From the NCBI RefSeq assembly GCF_006345805.1, contig NC_043002.1:1488001-1552000 (forward strand): DNA of 64,000 nt, given 5' to 3'. How positions within the stretch are numbered: the first letter of the stretch is position 1; each line of letters opens with the position of its first letter. The notes under the pieces were generated by a model that was not told the origin of the DNA, did not search any database, and saw only the letters and a list, made by a program, of their open reading frames with translations. Both the position numbers and the translations under genes were made by a program. This DNA comes from Octopus sinensis (lineage: Eukaryota). Positions 1 to 12,105 of the stretch are shown in pieces.

Positions 1-215
1 ATTAGACAAGGTAGCGACTTTAGAATATATTGGGAACTCTAAATCTTACGTTTAGGGTATTTATACTTTTATTCCGGGTGTCGGAACTTCTGTGAATCTT
101 TCCCGATTTAAAGTAAAATCATGATTACAGCATTTTTCTTTTCCTTTCATAGCAAAACAAAAGCACTACATAAACTCGTTGCTAAATACGACACTCACAC
201 ATACATACACACACT

Positions 216-257
216 TATGTATGTATGTATGTATGTATGTATGTATGTATGTATATA

Positions 258-318
<61 letters not shown>
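216..318. repeat. (ATGT)n/(AT)n microsatellite
   Basis: Read directly; representative of dozens of similar tracts that generate the YI/CV/HT-rich spurious ORFs. Confidence 0.95.
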
Positions 319-319
<1 letters not shown>

Positions 320-597
320 TCAAATATTACTCTAGTAATAAAGGGTAAAATCAATAAATTGTACCAGGTAGCCAGTGCGGAATAAAATCCTAATAGGTAA
401 TTTTACAAAATATTTTATAATTATATAGATAATTATAACAAGGGGTCGGTTTTGTGCCTCACCACGCACCGTAAGAAATAGACACTAATATCCTTTTTAC
501 TGCCTTAAATGTCTGAGAATAACACACTTTACTGTTGGCAAGCAAAAACAAAAAAAAAAAGAAAGAAAGAAAGAAAGGAATCAATAAGGCTGATTAA

Positions 598-660
598 CTA
601 TGGACGCGTTTCGAACATAAAGTAAAACTTAATTTTCCTTACTGTTACTCTTCAGCATAG
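598..660 (-). ncRNA. Type I hammerhead ribozyme, intact core
   Basis: Minus strand reads CTATG-CTGAAGA-G(T)AACA..GTAA..TTAC..TGTTC-GAAAC-GC-GTC-CATAG: 5-bp stem I, canonical core, extended stem II, palindromic stem III, GUC cleavage triplet. Confidence 0.85.
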
Positions 661-687
661 TATTTCTTGTAAGTTATAATTATTTAT

Positions 688-1632
688 TTAATCCATTGGC
701 GTGAGGTCTGGGGAACGTGCAGGAAATTCAACGGTATCTCCCTTTGCAATCCATTTGTTTGGATTTGTTGCATCGAGGTAAGCCCCTACATCACGATGGT
801 AGTGGGGAGGGGCTCCATCTTTCAGGAAGTAAAACTCCTCGTCCCCAAACATCTCTTCAATTCGTGGACCGACATTTTCCATCAGTAAGTTTAAGTAAAC
901 TGGGCCTCTGACAGTTTGGTAAAACATAATGGTCCAACGACACCCAATATTGATATCCCACACCACACAGTAACGCTTGGTAAGTTCAGATGGTGTTCCA
1001 TAGTAAAATATGGATTTTCACGGGCCCAGCATGTGCAATTATGTCAGTTGACTGAACCATTTAACTTGAAGGTGGCCTCATCGCTCCATAAGATTTTCTC
1101 TGGAAACGTTGAATCCTCTGCGAATTTGTTCAGATACCATTCGCAAAATTGAACACTCCGATCAGGATCATCTCCATTGAGGCCTTGAATTAATGTTGGA
1201 ACGTAACTTTTCCAATGAGCTCGCTTCAACATCCGATAAACACTCGATTCTTATCTCACGACTCAATTGTCTTACCGATTTCTTTGGGGATCGGAAAAGG
1301 GTTTCCATTAATTGGTTGTGTCTATTGGCGCTGGTGGATGTTCGTGGTCTTCCAGAGCGCTGCTTACTAACGTTCTGAACAGTTCTGTATGCTTCAAACT
1401 TATCTCTGATGCGAGCAATAGTGTGTCGTGTTGGTGTCTGAAACTGTCTGTTAAATTGTCTTTGCACTTCCGTGACATTTTCGTGCTTCCAGTAGCACTT
1501 TAATATAAATATTTTTCGTCAAACGTTAGTTGTGCATTTGCCATTATGAAGGGTCGGTTGCGTCTGAAAAAAACAGCAACAATACACTAGTAATCGCCTG
1601 TCAAAGAGTGAGTACATCTTTTTGGGACACCT

Positions 1633-1634
<2 letters not shown>
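688..1634 (-). mobile_element. Tc1/mariner DD41D (rosa/Visitor-type) transposon, decayed, 3'-truncated
   Basis: ORF fragments with HTH (RSGRPRTS), [14 protein letters not shown] and DGAPPH...PARSPDLTPMD with 41 residues between the two Asp; left TIR TA|CAAGGTGTCCCAAAAAG at 1634. Confidence 0.85.
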
Positions 1635-1692
<58 letters not shown>

Positions 1693-1696
<4 letters not shown>

Positions 1697-1912
1697 ATCC
1701 AAACATGAAAACACAAAGAGAAAACGCAACAACGCGAGGACGTGGAACAAGTATAGTGTTATTGGACACTCTGGAAAGGAAAGAAAGAAGGAGGATTTAA
1801 AGTTTCGAGCGGAGCTCTTCGTCAGAAACATAGGAAAAGGAAAGATCCAAGGAAAGGAAGACGGAGAAAGAAAATCGCCAACGATACACACGCGGTCAAA
1901 TATTGAATGACC
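1693..1912 (-). mobile_element. Penelope-type terminal repeat fragment ending in (TA)n, with minimal HHR-like motif at 1795-1829
   Basis: Minus strand GTTT-CTGACGA-A-GAGC-TCC-GCTC-GAAAC-TTT-AAAT; homologous copy at 49849-50020; 3' end abuts (TA)n. Penelope assignment is inferred from HHR plus microsatellite terminus. Confidence 0.6.
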
Positions 1913-2420
1913 GGAATATATATATATTTGTGGCAGTGTGCTGATGCATGCACAGAGAATAGTAATATCTGAAACACTGCAAAAGACAATGTAGAGGGAA
2001 TTCCATGTTAGACATTCTGGTATTTGAGGATGAAATCGTTAATGCGTAGCTACGTGTCTTGGCCAAAAATGGACAGAGAAATCGGAAATACAGTGAAAAG
2101 TTGCAGAAGATGTGCTCTATCAGCAAAATTACCGACGATAAAAAGGGAAGCTTGGCTAAAAGTAGAAGTGGTTTAGACATTACTTTTCAAGGACCAACGC
2201 CACTACAAATAATTGAACCGAGACTCAGAATCGATAGGAAAAGAAAATTTACGGAGTTCATGGAAGTGTACGCCAAAGGAAAAATATTAAATTATTAACT
2301 GTTTGGGAAAAAATCAAATGCGGGAGGTAGAGTGATGTAAAAATTGTTGTTAATAAAAATAAATAAAATTACATTCACTAAGAAAAGAAACTTAAAAGCA
2401 GAGATGTTATGAGGATAATA

Positions 2421-2472
<52 letters not shown>

Positions 2473-2474
<2 letters not shown>

Positions 2475-2775
2475 TCCTATCATAGTAGGTGCATTAGGCA
2501 TGATAAAAAGTAGGTGCATTAGGTGCATGATAAATAGTAGGTGCATTAGGCATGATAAAAAAATATTCAGACAAATACATAACAAAAACACCAGGACTTA
2601 CAAACACATATAACATACAGAAAATTGCACTACTAGGCACTGCACACATCCTACGCAGAACACTTTCCATACAATAACCATCAGAGCATCACAACAAATC
2701 ACAGCACATACCCAAGGCACACAGAGCTGCGCTCGGTAGTGAAGTGTAAGCACGCTATAAAAATAAAACTACTGA
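2473..2775 (+). mobile_element. R4/Dong-like non-LTR retrotransposon 3' fragment in an (AAT)n tract
   Basis: Translates IPIIVGALG...KYSDKYITKTPGLTNTYNIQKIALLGTAHILRRTLSIQ*, matching the C-terminus of RLE-type R4/Dong ORFs; flanked by (AAT)n, the known Dong target. Confidence 0.75.
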
Positions 2776-2784
2776 ATAATAATA

Positions 2785-2829
<45 letters not shown>

Positions 2830-2830
<1 letters not shown>

Positions 2831-3256
2831 GACACAGTTTGTGTGTCAAATAGCTATCTTAAGGCGATTGCCATATTAATATGGCGATAACAATTAATTT
2901 CCAGTAACGCTGTCGTAATCTCTTTTAGAGAGACTTAGTAATTTTAATATTTATATTATTGAAAAAAAGTGGATGTATTCCACCCAAAATAGGTAAATAG
3001 AACCTTCGAACAGAGACGATCAGTGGCGACACCTGCTGAGTCGACTACGCTACATTGACAAGGGGCAAATACCCTGAAACGCGTCTGTAGCTGTCTGACT
3101 AGCAGTGTGAAGCGGATGACCTCCCTTGTTCGAAGGTTCTGATGGACGCAGTTTGTGTGTCATATAGCTATCTTAAGGCGATGGCCTCATGGAGCTAATC
3201 AGCGACAGCTTTTAGTCTTATATCTATAAGATTGCCATATTAATATGGCGATAACA

Positions 3257-3261
<5 letters not shown>
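2830..3261 (+). mobile_element. Retrozyme-like non-coding element, copy 1 (~1.2 units of a ~363-bp monomer)
   Basis: Direct repeat GGAC[A/G]CAGTTTGTGTGTC at 2830 and 3144 (314 bp apart plus a 49-bp deletion in the first repeat); central HHR; homologous to 48643-49200; embedded in (AAT)n. Confidence 0.8.
3049..3091 (+). ncRNA. Type I hammerhead ribozyme, U3-A8 core variant
   Basis: GCTACA-TTGACAA-GGGG-CAAATA-CCCT-GAAAC-GC-GTC-TGTAGC; predicted cleavage after C3085. Confidence 0.85.
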
Positions 3262-3610
<349 letters not shown>

Positions 3611-6375
3611 ATGATAATAATAATAATAATAATAATGAAGCACCCCCACCAATGTAACGAGTGGTATGTGCCAGTCGTTACAAATACTGTGACGTAAGAA
3701 ATTGTGTTGCCAAGAAGTTGGTGAAGTCGGTCATAGATAGTTACTTGTCTAACTAACTATAGTGCTATACCAAAGTGGACGTTACAAAAGTCCAATGTTG
3801 GATTACAACAGGTTTCAAATTTAGGGTCAGGGTTTATAGATATTCCAAATTGTATTAGAATCCACTTGTAATTACGGATCGATAATCAAAACTAGTTGAT
3901 ATTTTTCAGGTGGCCTTTCCCTCCTCTTTCCGTCTGAAGTACATGTGCTCGCACACACATGAACATAAACACGTACACACACTATAAATATAATAGAAAC
4001 CTGTGTGCCTGTATATGTGCGTGCTTCTGTGTTAATAAAAACTTGCTTCCTAATCTGTTAGAAATGACGATTTTTACTTTCACGGTTTTAATAGCAGAAT
4101 GATTGGTAATAAGGAACTGAGGAAGAGAGTGAAGAAGAAATTCTATAGAGAGAGGAATTTAATCGTATTAAATCCAACAATCTTTGTGCTTCCTAAGTTT
4201 TCTATTTTCTACAAAAACTATATCTGGACACATGACAGATGTTTTACATAAAATATTATAGAACAAAGTTTTCTGCAAAAACTATTCAGATATATATGTA
4301 TTCTATAAAACATATTTTTAGAAGAATCCGTGAAATTCATAGAAAATATATGAGAAGAAAAACATTGCTGCTGTTATTGTTTAGCTCCGAAGGCAGCCTT
4401 GCTTACGTAGATTTATGACTAATCGAGTTACTGCTATACCTATTACTGTTTTATTTGCATAGCTACGATTAGATTACTTTTCCTGATGGTAGGGAGATGT
4501 AGCTTTTATTTCGAATGATTGGTAGAAGAGTCCACGTTTGTACATGAAGTACATATTTCCAGACACTGTATAGTTTACTGTGAAATATCTACACCTACCT
4601 TCAAACTTAAATAATCGTTCCACAGAAAAGTATTTCAGTTCACAAAGCAGGCACGAGCGTGATTTATATTCCTCACATATAATTAATGTATAATATATAT
4701 TGAAGATCTCAAAATGACGTCTACCTGTACGAACGAATGATTCTAGCGAGATCTAATAGCTTGCAGCAAAGCATACACCATGTATGATTATACAGCTCTA
4801 GAAACTCCATGACATCAGTCAGGATTTGCATTAGATAACGGCTAATTAGCTATGATTTATGCTGCTTGGTACCATTTGGTGAATTATAATGAAATCCTAT
4901 TGTAATCTGTTCTCCTGATTTTGTATAGCAGTGTCTTTATTTAACTTTGTTATATAACGGCGTTGTTATATCTGAGATATGGTGCCAGGTAATTTGCAAA
5001 CTGAACATAATGTTCCAATAGGTGAGTGGGATAAAGTGCAATTTCCAGCAGTTTAATCCCTGGCTACAGCAAAATGGCAACTCAAGATAGCAATATTTTT
5101 GAATTTGAATAAAAAACACCTTAAAATAAATAGAAAAAAAGAGAAAAATACACATTAGTATAAGATTATAAAAAAAAAATTAGAAAATATAACTGCCAAT
5201 TGTCGCAAATCGTTAATTATTTCAGACTCGGACTTGTTGAGTGTTTTAATATCCTTTCCGAGCCTATCAGCAAATTACCAAATATTCGTAATCGTTCCAT
5301 GCAGTAATGTTAGATAGAAAAACAAATTTATATTTTGCGTTGATTTCAATGAATATGAATTTAGCGAATGAAATTCAATTTCGGAGAGAGTAATGAGGAA
5401 GGAATGAAAACGGAAGATTTAAATTCCGTAGGAAAAACAGGAACGAAAAGTTAAAAGGGAAATAAATGAGGACATAAATGAACAAATGGAATAAATTAAT
5501 ACGTTACTAATGAAGCAAACATACATTAGAAATTGCATTATAGATTACATTAATAGACATTAATATGTATTGCTATCAGTTGAAAAGGCCGAGGGAAGTG
5601 AAGTGAAATTTATGAAATAGCTGGTGTTGTACGATATAACGTTCAGATTAGAGAGTAACAAATATTACTCGCTTCGAAAACCATACAAACAATAATCAGT
5701 TATAATTTTAAATACATAATTAGGATTTCATCACAGAATATGAGAGAATATTATTCCAAAGCTGTTGACTGAAATTACCAAACAATTTTTGATGCGGTGA
5801 ATCCTAAACTTTTCTTTTTGCAAGCAATGTTATTGCCAGAATCAGCGTCTGTTCGTCATCCAACGAGTCGTATCAACAAATGTCTTTAATTATTTTTAAC
5901 AATATTGACACAAAAGAGAATTACATTATTTTACAATATATCGTAAGGGATTAAAACATTGTATCCAGTTCCACTAATACCATAATGACTAATCTTAGTA
6001 ATTATGCATTCGATGGTTTATAACGAGGCACTTTTTGCCAAACATTATTTTGTGTAATATTCGTTTCCTCATTCCCCGAATACGAGATCATTTCAGAGTA
6101 TAATGTATTAAGGTTATAACCAAATTCCACTTTTTCCATTAATTGAGTTCCTCCTTTCGTTTTTCTATTTAGAAAAAATAAAATTGCGATTAAGTTCTCT
6201 AAGATTTCTGAAATAGATTGATTTAATGCGGCAACAGTGTCTCGTTTTGTTTAGTGATTGTAGAAGCCATTCTAATGAGCTTTCTCACGATAGCAAGTTT
6301 TAATGGTCGCAATCTTAAAAATCAGGAAATCAACTACCTTCTTATAGATTACAGATCAATGGTTTTTTCTTTCTT

Positions 6376-6696
6376 CACTCCGTCGGTTACGACGACGAGG
6401 GTCCCAGCTGACAACGATCAACGGAACAGTCTGCTCGTGAAATTAACGTGCAAGTGGCTGAGCAGTCCCAGACACGTGTACCCCTAACGTAGTTCTCAGG
6501 GAGATTCAGCGTGACACAAAGTGTGACAAAGCTGACCCTTTGAAATACAGGTACAACTCATTTTTGCCAGCTGAGTGGACTGGAGCAACGTGAAATAAAG
6601 TGTCTTGCTCAAGGACACAATGCTTCGCCGGGAATCGAACTCACGACCATACAATCGTGAGCCGAATGCCCTAACCACTAAGCCACGCGCCTTCAC
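6376..6696 (-). mobile_element. tRNA-derived SINE
   Basis: Minus strand head GGCGCGTGGCTTAGTGGTTAGG (A box) ...GAGTTCGATTCCC (B box) followed by a non-tRNA body (TGTGTCCTTGAGCAAGACACTT...). Confidence 0.8.
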
Positions 6697-6764
6697 CGCA
6701 GATCAATGGTATGTCATTCTTGTTTGCAGTCTGTGCCCTTTTCAAAATATTTCCTCTTCTAATA

Positions 6765-6978
6765 TTGATTTTAAATTTTCGCACAAGGCCACCAAGTTCA
6801 GGAGAGGGGATAAGTCGATTATATCGATCCCACTGTTCAACTGGTACTTGTTTTACTGACCTCGAAAGGATGAAAGCCAAATTCGACCTTGGCGGAATTT
6901 GAATTCAGAACGTAAAGACGGATGAAATACCGTTCAGCATTTTCCTCGGCCTCCCAGCGATTCCGACAGCTCGCTGCT
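6765..6978 (-). mobile_element. SINE (second family; related copies near 7575-7770, 21190-21350, 28685-29048, 60116-60275)
   Basis: Minus strand GCAGCGAGCTGTCGGAATCG...TTCTGAATTCAAATTCCGCC...ATAATCGACTT; recurs in the window. Confidence 0.75.
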
Positions 6979-8364
6979 ATTTCTCTTCTAATGCTAATAA
7001 TATTTGTGAATCGAAAGAATTTTTTTCTAATATTCCCTAAATAATTTTTTATGTATTATATATTTTTTCATTTATTTTATTGGTGCACACTGTTAGTCCA
7101 TTAATTTTTCATAAATCTATAACACCAAACCTCAATACCGAAAAATCATTATGCACTTCTTTAGTTATTGTCCTTTAGCTTTGAGAATTATTTGTCGAGA
7201 TGTTAAAATGAAACGATTCTTTCGTTGCTATCCAATCCAAATCTCTTTTCCTCTGCCATCTTCACTGTTTAATTTTTTTTGTCCAGAAGTTGTTTTTAAA
7301 TTTTATTTCTTGAAATTCTGTTTTTTTTTCTAGCAACTTTCTGTTATGACAGTAGGAGGTAGTGCCAAACTACTATATCACCATTTTGCCTAGCATTTTC
7401 CTCATCTTATCTTGCGTTTGCTAAGAAACCCCGTCCCGCTGCTTTGCTTATGCCTATGGTGAAAAGTTGTAAATTTTCATTTTGGCTGCTAGCATTTTAT
7501 ATGGCGCCCATGCTGGTGCTATGTATTCTTACCATTGGAAATGCTTATGTAAAACTATGCGTTCGGGCGGTCGATTGGCAAAATCGTTCTAATGTAAGAT
7601 AAAGTGGTATTTAGATCAATTCCTCATGTTCAACTCTCCACGGAGTGAACGTTACAGTTTATCCTTCCGAATTCGATAAAAAAAAATTCCTACTACACAA
7701 GTAATGGTTTCGATTTACTCACCTTACCCCACACTCTCTCCAAAATTGTGGGCTTGAGGCAATGTTGGAAACTATAAATAATTCTGGGAATCGCTTTTAT
7801 AAAAGAGATGTTGCAGTTTATAGGGCACTAAAATCTCTGCTCTATTCCTTGCCTGTACGGCAAGCGGTCGGTTTGTATTATTAGACACATAAAAGCTTCC
7901 TGGGGTATTTTTGACAGGATTATACTGAACAATAATGCGAACAAGAGTATATCTTGCAACAGAGACTGTGTAGTTCCTTTCTACAGGAAAGTTCCTCTGC
8001 CAACGTGTGCAGTTTGAGCCACCTATGTTAATTAATAAAACACCAGTGCTTACTTTAGTTTTGGCGGAACCCTCGAGGTATGAATAAGACTGGGGTCATT
8101 GTAAAATCAAATTTTTATCGTATCCCTTTGAAACTATTTCACTTCTTTTCAATAAATACTTTTGTTACTCTATGTGAGTAATGTACAGTCGTTCTACATT
8201 CAACTCTCCCGACTCGAGCACGAAATCTTTCTCCCGTCACACCTAGAATCACATTGGGTAATGTCGTCCTATGTTTTGTACGAATAAAAAACGGGTTGTC
8301 ACGGCTGGGATACATTTCGGTTATACAAGAGCATTATAGTTCTCTTGAAGCATTGTGATACAAA

Positions 8365-8377
8365 AGAAGAAGAAGAA

Positions 8378-8408
<31 letters not shown>

Positions 8409-8436
8409 TAGAAGAAGAAGAAGAAGAAGAAGAAGA
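8365..8436. repeat. (GAA)n microsatellite
   Basis: Read directly; source of the poly-E ORF. Confidence 0.95.
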
Positions 8437-9929
8437 ACTGGAAAAAAGAAAGGGGAGAGTTTTTTTAATGCAACAAAGTAAGATGAAAAATCTTTATATA
8501 TTTCAGGCACAAAGCCCCATTGATTATAGTCCGTTGCATTCCTGTTGTATAACGACAAAAAGATTGCATAAATTAAATAGCACACACGCGCACACACACA
8601 CACACACACACCACACACACACACACACACAGAGTAATCCCTCGCCATATCGCGGTGTATTATTTAAACTTACGTCGATTCCTCCGTGGTGCTGTTTTGT
8701 ATTTATAATAAAATAAATATAAACAAATAGTAGAAGTAAATTTTGAAATAATCCGAAGTTTCCGTCAATTCGTTTCTTATTTTTATTCATTTTCACATGT
8801 GGCATTTTACGAACAATAGCAACGTCATGTAATGTTCGCCATGAACGTTTAGCGATGGATGAGTACCAGTTAGTCATAATAAATTTAATGTATTTTCTCG
8901 TTTATCTAGCATGTACGTAAACCGAACTGTAACTTGTATTTTGCCCAAAATTGCGATTCGTTAGATTTTCTGATGTTATTGTTCGAACATATCAATCAAT
9001 AATAAGATTTGTGACATGAAGCCAATATTTGGTCTTTTTATTTATAGAATTTAATGTAATTCTGGTGTTTCGCTTGTTAGCGATGTTATTTTTTTTTTCA
9101 GTATATTATTCTAAGAGTTGGCGTTTATTTCTTACGATTTTCTTGTTTTGTCAGCTTTCAAAAATATCTCGCTCCTTTTTCGAGAGTTGTTCGACAACAT
9201 TTACTGGAAATTGTTTTATAGTTTCTTGAACTTTATATTCTCCACCATTTAAGATATCCTTCCAGTACTTCTTTAAAATATTTTGCAGTCTTTACAGAAA
9301 TACGTCAAACGTCTATAAATATGTTTGTGTGTTAGTATAACCATACTTTTAATGAGAAAATCTATCGGATATCCGTTCATATTCAGCACTTGTCTTTAAT
9401 CTGTGAGGAGCGTAGTAAATCACAGAAAACTAATATTTTGCAAGCGACAAATATCCAATTTAGCATACAGATACATTCTTACGTGCATATGGCCCCATAA
9501 ACGAATGTAATATTCTTCTAATAAAGACTCTAATACAGAAATGTAGCAGGCAGTTTAATGCAGCGCACAGACATTTAGAGATTTCACGAGACACGTAAAC
9601 ATCCGAAAACAGACATATCGCACAGGTGGAGACTACACAAAATAACAGCCAATGAGAACGTAAAACTAACAAGTCAAACACAACAACAAAAATATATTTA
9701 ACTCAATTGTTACATGAACGAGAAACATATAAAAGTAGAATGAGACATAAAATGTGGGATGTGGTATTGCGGGGAAACTAGTTGTTGAATTTAAACAAAG
9801 GAACGCTCAAATCATAAACGCCTAACAGTTTGCTATTGACTTCTCTTTTGGTAGTCTACTTATTAATAACACGTGTGAAACACGCGCTCAATTATATATA
9901 TATATATATTTTAATTAATACATTCATAC

Positions 9930-10070
9930 TCTTTTACATGTTTCAGTCATTTGACTGCGGTCATGCTGGAGCACTGCCTTAAGGGGTTGCAATCGAACAA
10001 ATCGACCCCCAGAACTTATTCTTTGTAAGACTAGTACTTACAGAATCGAACCTCTTTTGCCGATATAATT
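9930..10070 (-). mobile_element. SINE 3' tail fragment
   Basis: TTTCAGTCATTTGACTGCGGTCATGCTGGAGCAC is the reverse complement of the tail seen at 10725-10788 and 20430-20610. Confidence 0.65.
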
Positions 10071-10121
10071 TCGATGAATATTACACACACACAAACACAG
10101 CGCGCGCGAGTATATATATAT

Positions 10122-10167
<46 letters not shown>

Positions 10168-10210
10168 CACATGTTTACTGAGCCTTGCTTGCTAAAATTC
10201 CATATATTTG

Positions 10211-10296
10211 TGCAGCTGAAGATGGCATTACATTTATATTGATGTAATGATTGCATTGTTCAATTAAATGGAGCCGCTTGAAACGGTCGTACTGCA
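10211..10296 (+). ncRNA. Hammerhead-like motif, type I, atypical stem II junction
   Basis: TGCAG-CTGAAGA-TGGC-[CATTACAT/ATGTAATG hairpin...]-GCCG-CTT-GAA-ACG-GT-CGT-A-CTGCA; three extra nucleotides before GAAA. Confidence 0.5.
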
Positions 10297-10462
10297 TTAC
10301 TACTTGATATCCTGTTGCTTATTTTGATTTTATTCACCTTACTTCGAGCTGTGCAGATAATACCGGACTGACTTGGTGCTTCAACTTAAACACCTAATTC
10401 AACTGAATCTCAATTATGTCTGAATACACACACACACACGTGTGTGTGTGTATGTGTGTGTA

Positions 10463-10788
10463 GGCGCAGGCGTGGCTGTGTGGTAAGAAACTTGCTTGCC
10501 AACCACATGGTCCCTGGTTTAGTCCCACTGCGTGGAACCTTGGGCAAGTGTCTTCGACTGTAGTCTCGGGCCAACCAAACCCTTGTGAGTGGATTTGGTA
10601 GACGGAAACTGGAAGAAGTCCGTCGTATGTGTGTGTGTGGGCGTGTATGCATTTGTGTGTGTCTCTGCGTGTGTATATATATATATATATATATCTGTGT
10701 GCGCCTTTGTGTTGATTTGTTCGATTAAAGGCGATGCTCCAGGATGGCCATAATCAAATGACTGAAACAAGTAAAGGAATAAAAGAAT
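10463..10788 (+). mobile_element. tRNA-derived SINE with internal (TG)/(TA) microsatellite and 3' tail
   Basis: Head GGCGCAGGCGTGGCTGTGTGG (A box), GGTTTAGTCCC (B-box-like); second copy at 31055-31213. Confidence 0.8.
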
Positions 10789-11804
10789 ATATATATATAT
10801 ACATGCATGTATATATATATATATGTTTATATATACATACACACGCATACATGAATGCATACATACATATATACGTGCTCACATGTGCGTACATTCACAC
10901 TCTTATATATGTGTGTGTTTGTGTGTAACATACTGGCGTCTGAAATATCTAACAAGCCTAAAAAGTTGAACTAAGATTTTGTTTTGATTAAATTCCTATA
11001 TTACAGATCAATATCTGCTTAAAGCAAGTTCCTTTCTCGGTAGAATATTAGCTGGCAGAAATTATATGTTTACAGTTAAAATATTCCGAAAATAAAACCT
11101 GTTATGAAAGTAAGAAAAACATATTTCATCTGAATTTGATAAACAAATTTCCTTAAAAAGAGAGGAATGGACGAACGAAATAAAACTATACTATTTCAGC
11201 GAAATAAATGTCGGATAAATATCAAATCTATAGCATAAACTTCTAAAGGAAATAGGAATTTACATTTATTTCACGTTAAGAAGACTAATCAATATTTGAT
11301 AAACAACTAGGAACAATATTAAGAACAACAATGTATGTAACGAAAACAGATGTGGCAGTTGCAGCGACGGTAACATGAAAAACAAGAGGAGCGAAAGCAG
11401 CGATTTATGTTGACTGAAGATAATGGAAATGTGAAAAGCGAACACATACAATAAGAAATATAACAATACCTGCAACATCAACAACAAATCAAGAACAAAC
11501 AGCAAGCTAACAATAATAAATTACAAACAGCAATAGAGGGATAAATGCAGATTTCTACGTTAACAAGAAAATATGAAAATTTAATAGAAATCAACTACAG
11601 ATGTGTGCATAAAGAGGGGGAATGATATGTAACTGATCTATTTGAAAATATGCGAAATAAAAAAAAGGTATAGATTCAATAGGAAATATAGTGAAATGAA
11701 TAAAATGTCAGAGAGATATCTGAAATCAACAGTTATCTTCCCACTTTTAAGAAAAATTGTGTGGTACAGTTAATAACTCTCATGAAACGTAGTCGTAATA
11801 TACA

Positions 11805-12105
11805 TACATAATACCTACCTACCTACCTACCTACCTACCTACCTACCTACCTACCTACCTACCTACCTACATACCTACATACCTACCTACCTACCTACCT
11901 ACATACCTACCTAACTACCTATCTACCTACCTACCTACCTACCTACCTAACTACCTACCTACCTACCAACCTAACTACCTATCTACCTACCTAACTACCT
12001 ACCTACCTACCTACCTACCTACCTACCTACATACATACAAACATACATGCATACATACATACATACATACATACATACATACATACATACATGCATACAT
12101 ACATA
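11805..12105. repeat. (CTAC)n/(CATA)n tetranucleotide microsatellite
   Basis: Read directly. Confidence 0.95.

Noticed and set aside
121-385. Short ORFs rich in YI, CV, HT, poly-N/I/E/L (here and throughout the track)
   Set aside because: Translations of (TA)n, (TG)n, (CATA)n, (AAT)n and (GAA)n microsatellites, not proteins
2059-2298. 79-aa ORF with protein-like composition
   Set aside because: No recognisable motif, an upstream in-frame stop and no clear splice context; cannot be supported without a database search
6376-6696. tRNA gene (also 10463, 14146, 31055)
   Set aside because: A/B boxes are present but there is no full cloverleaf, and the heads continue into repeated SINE bodies
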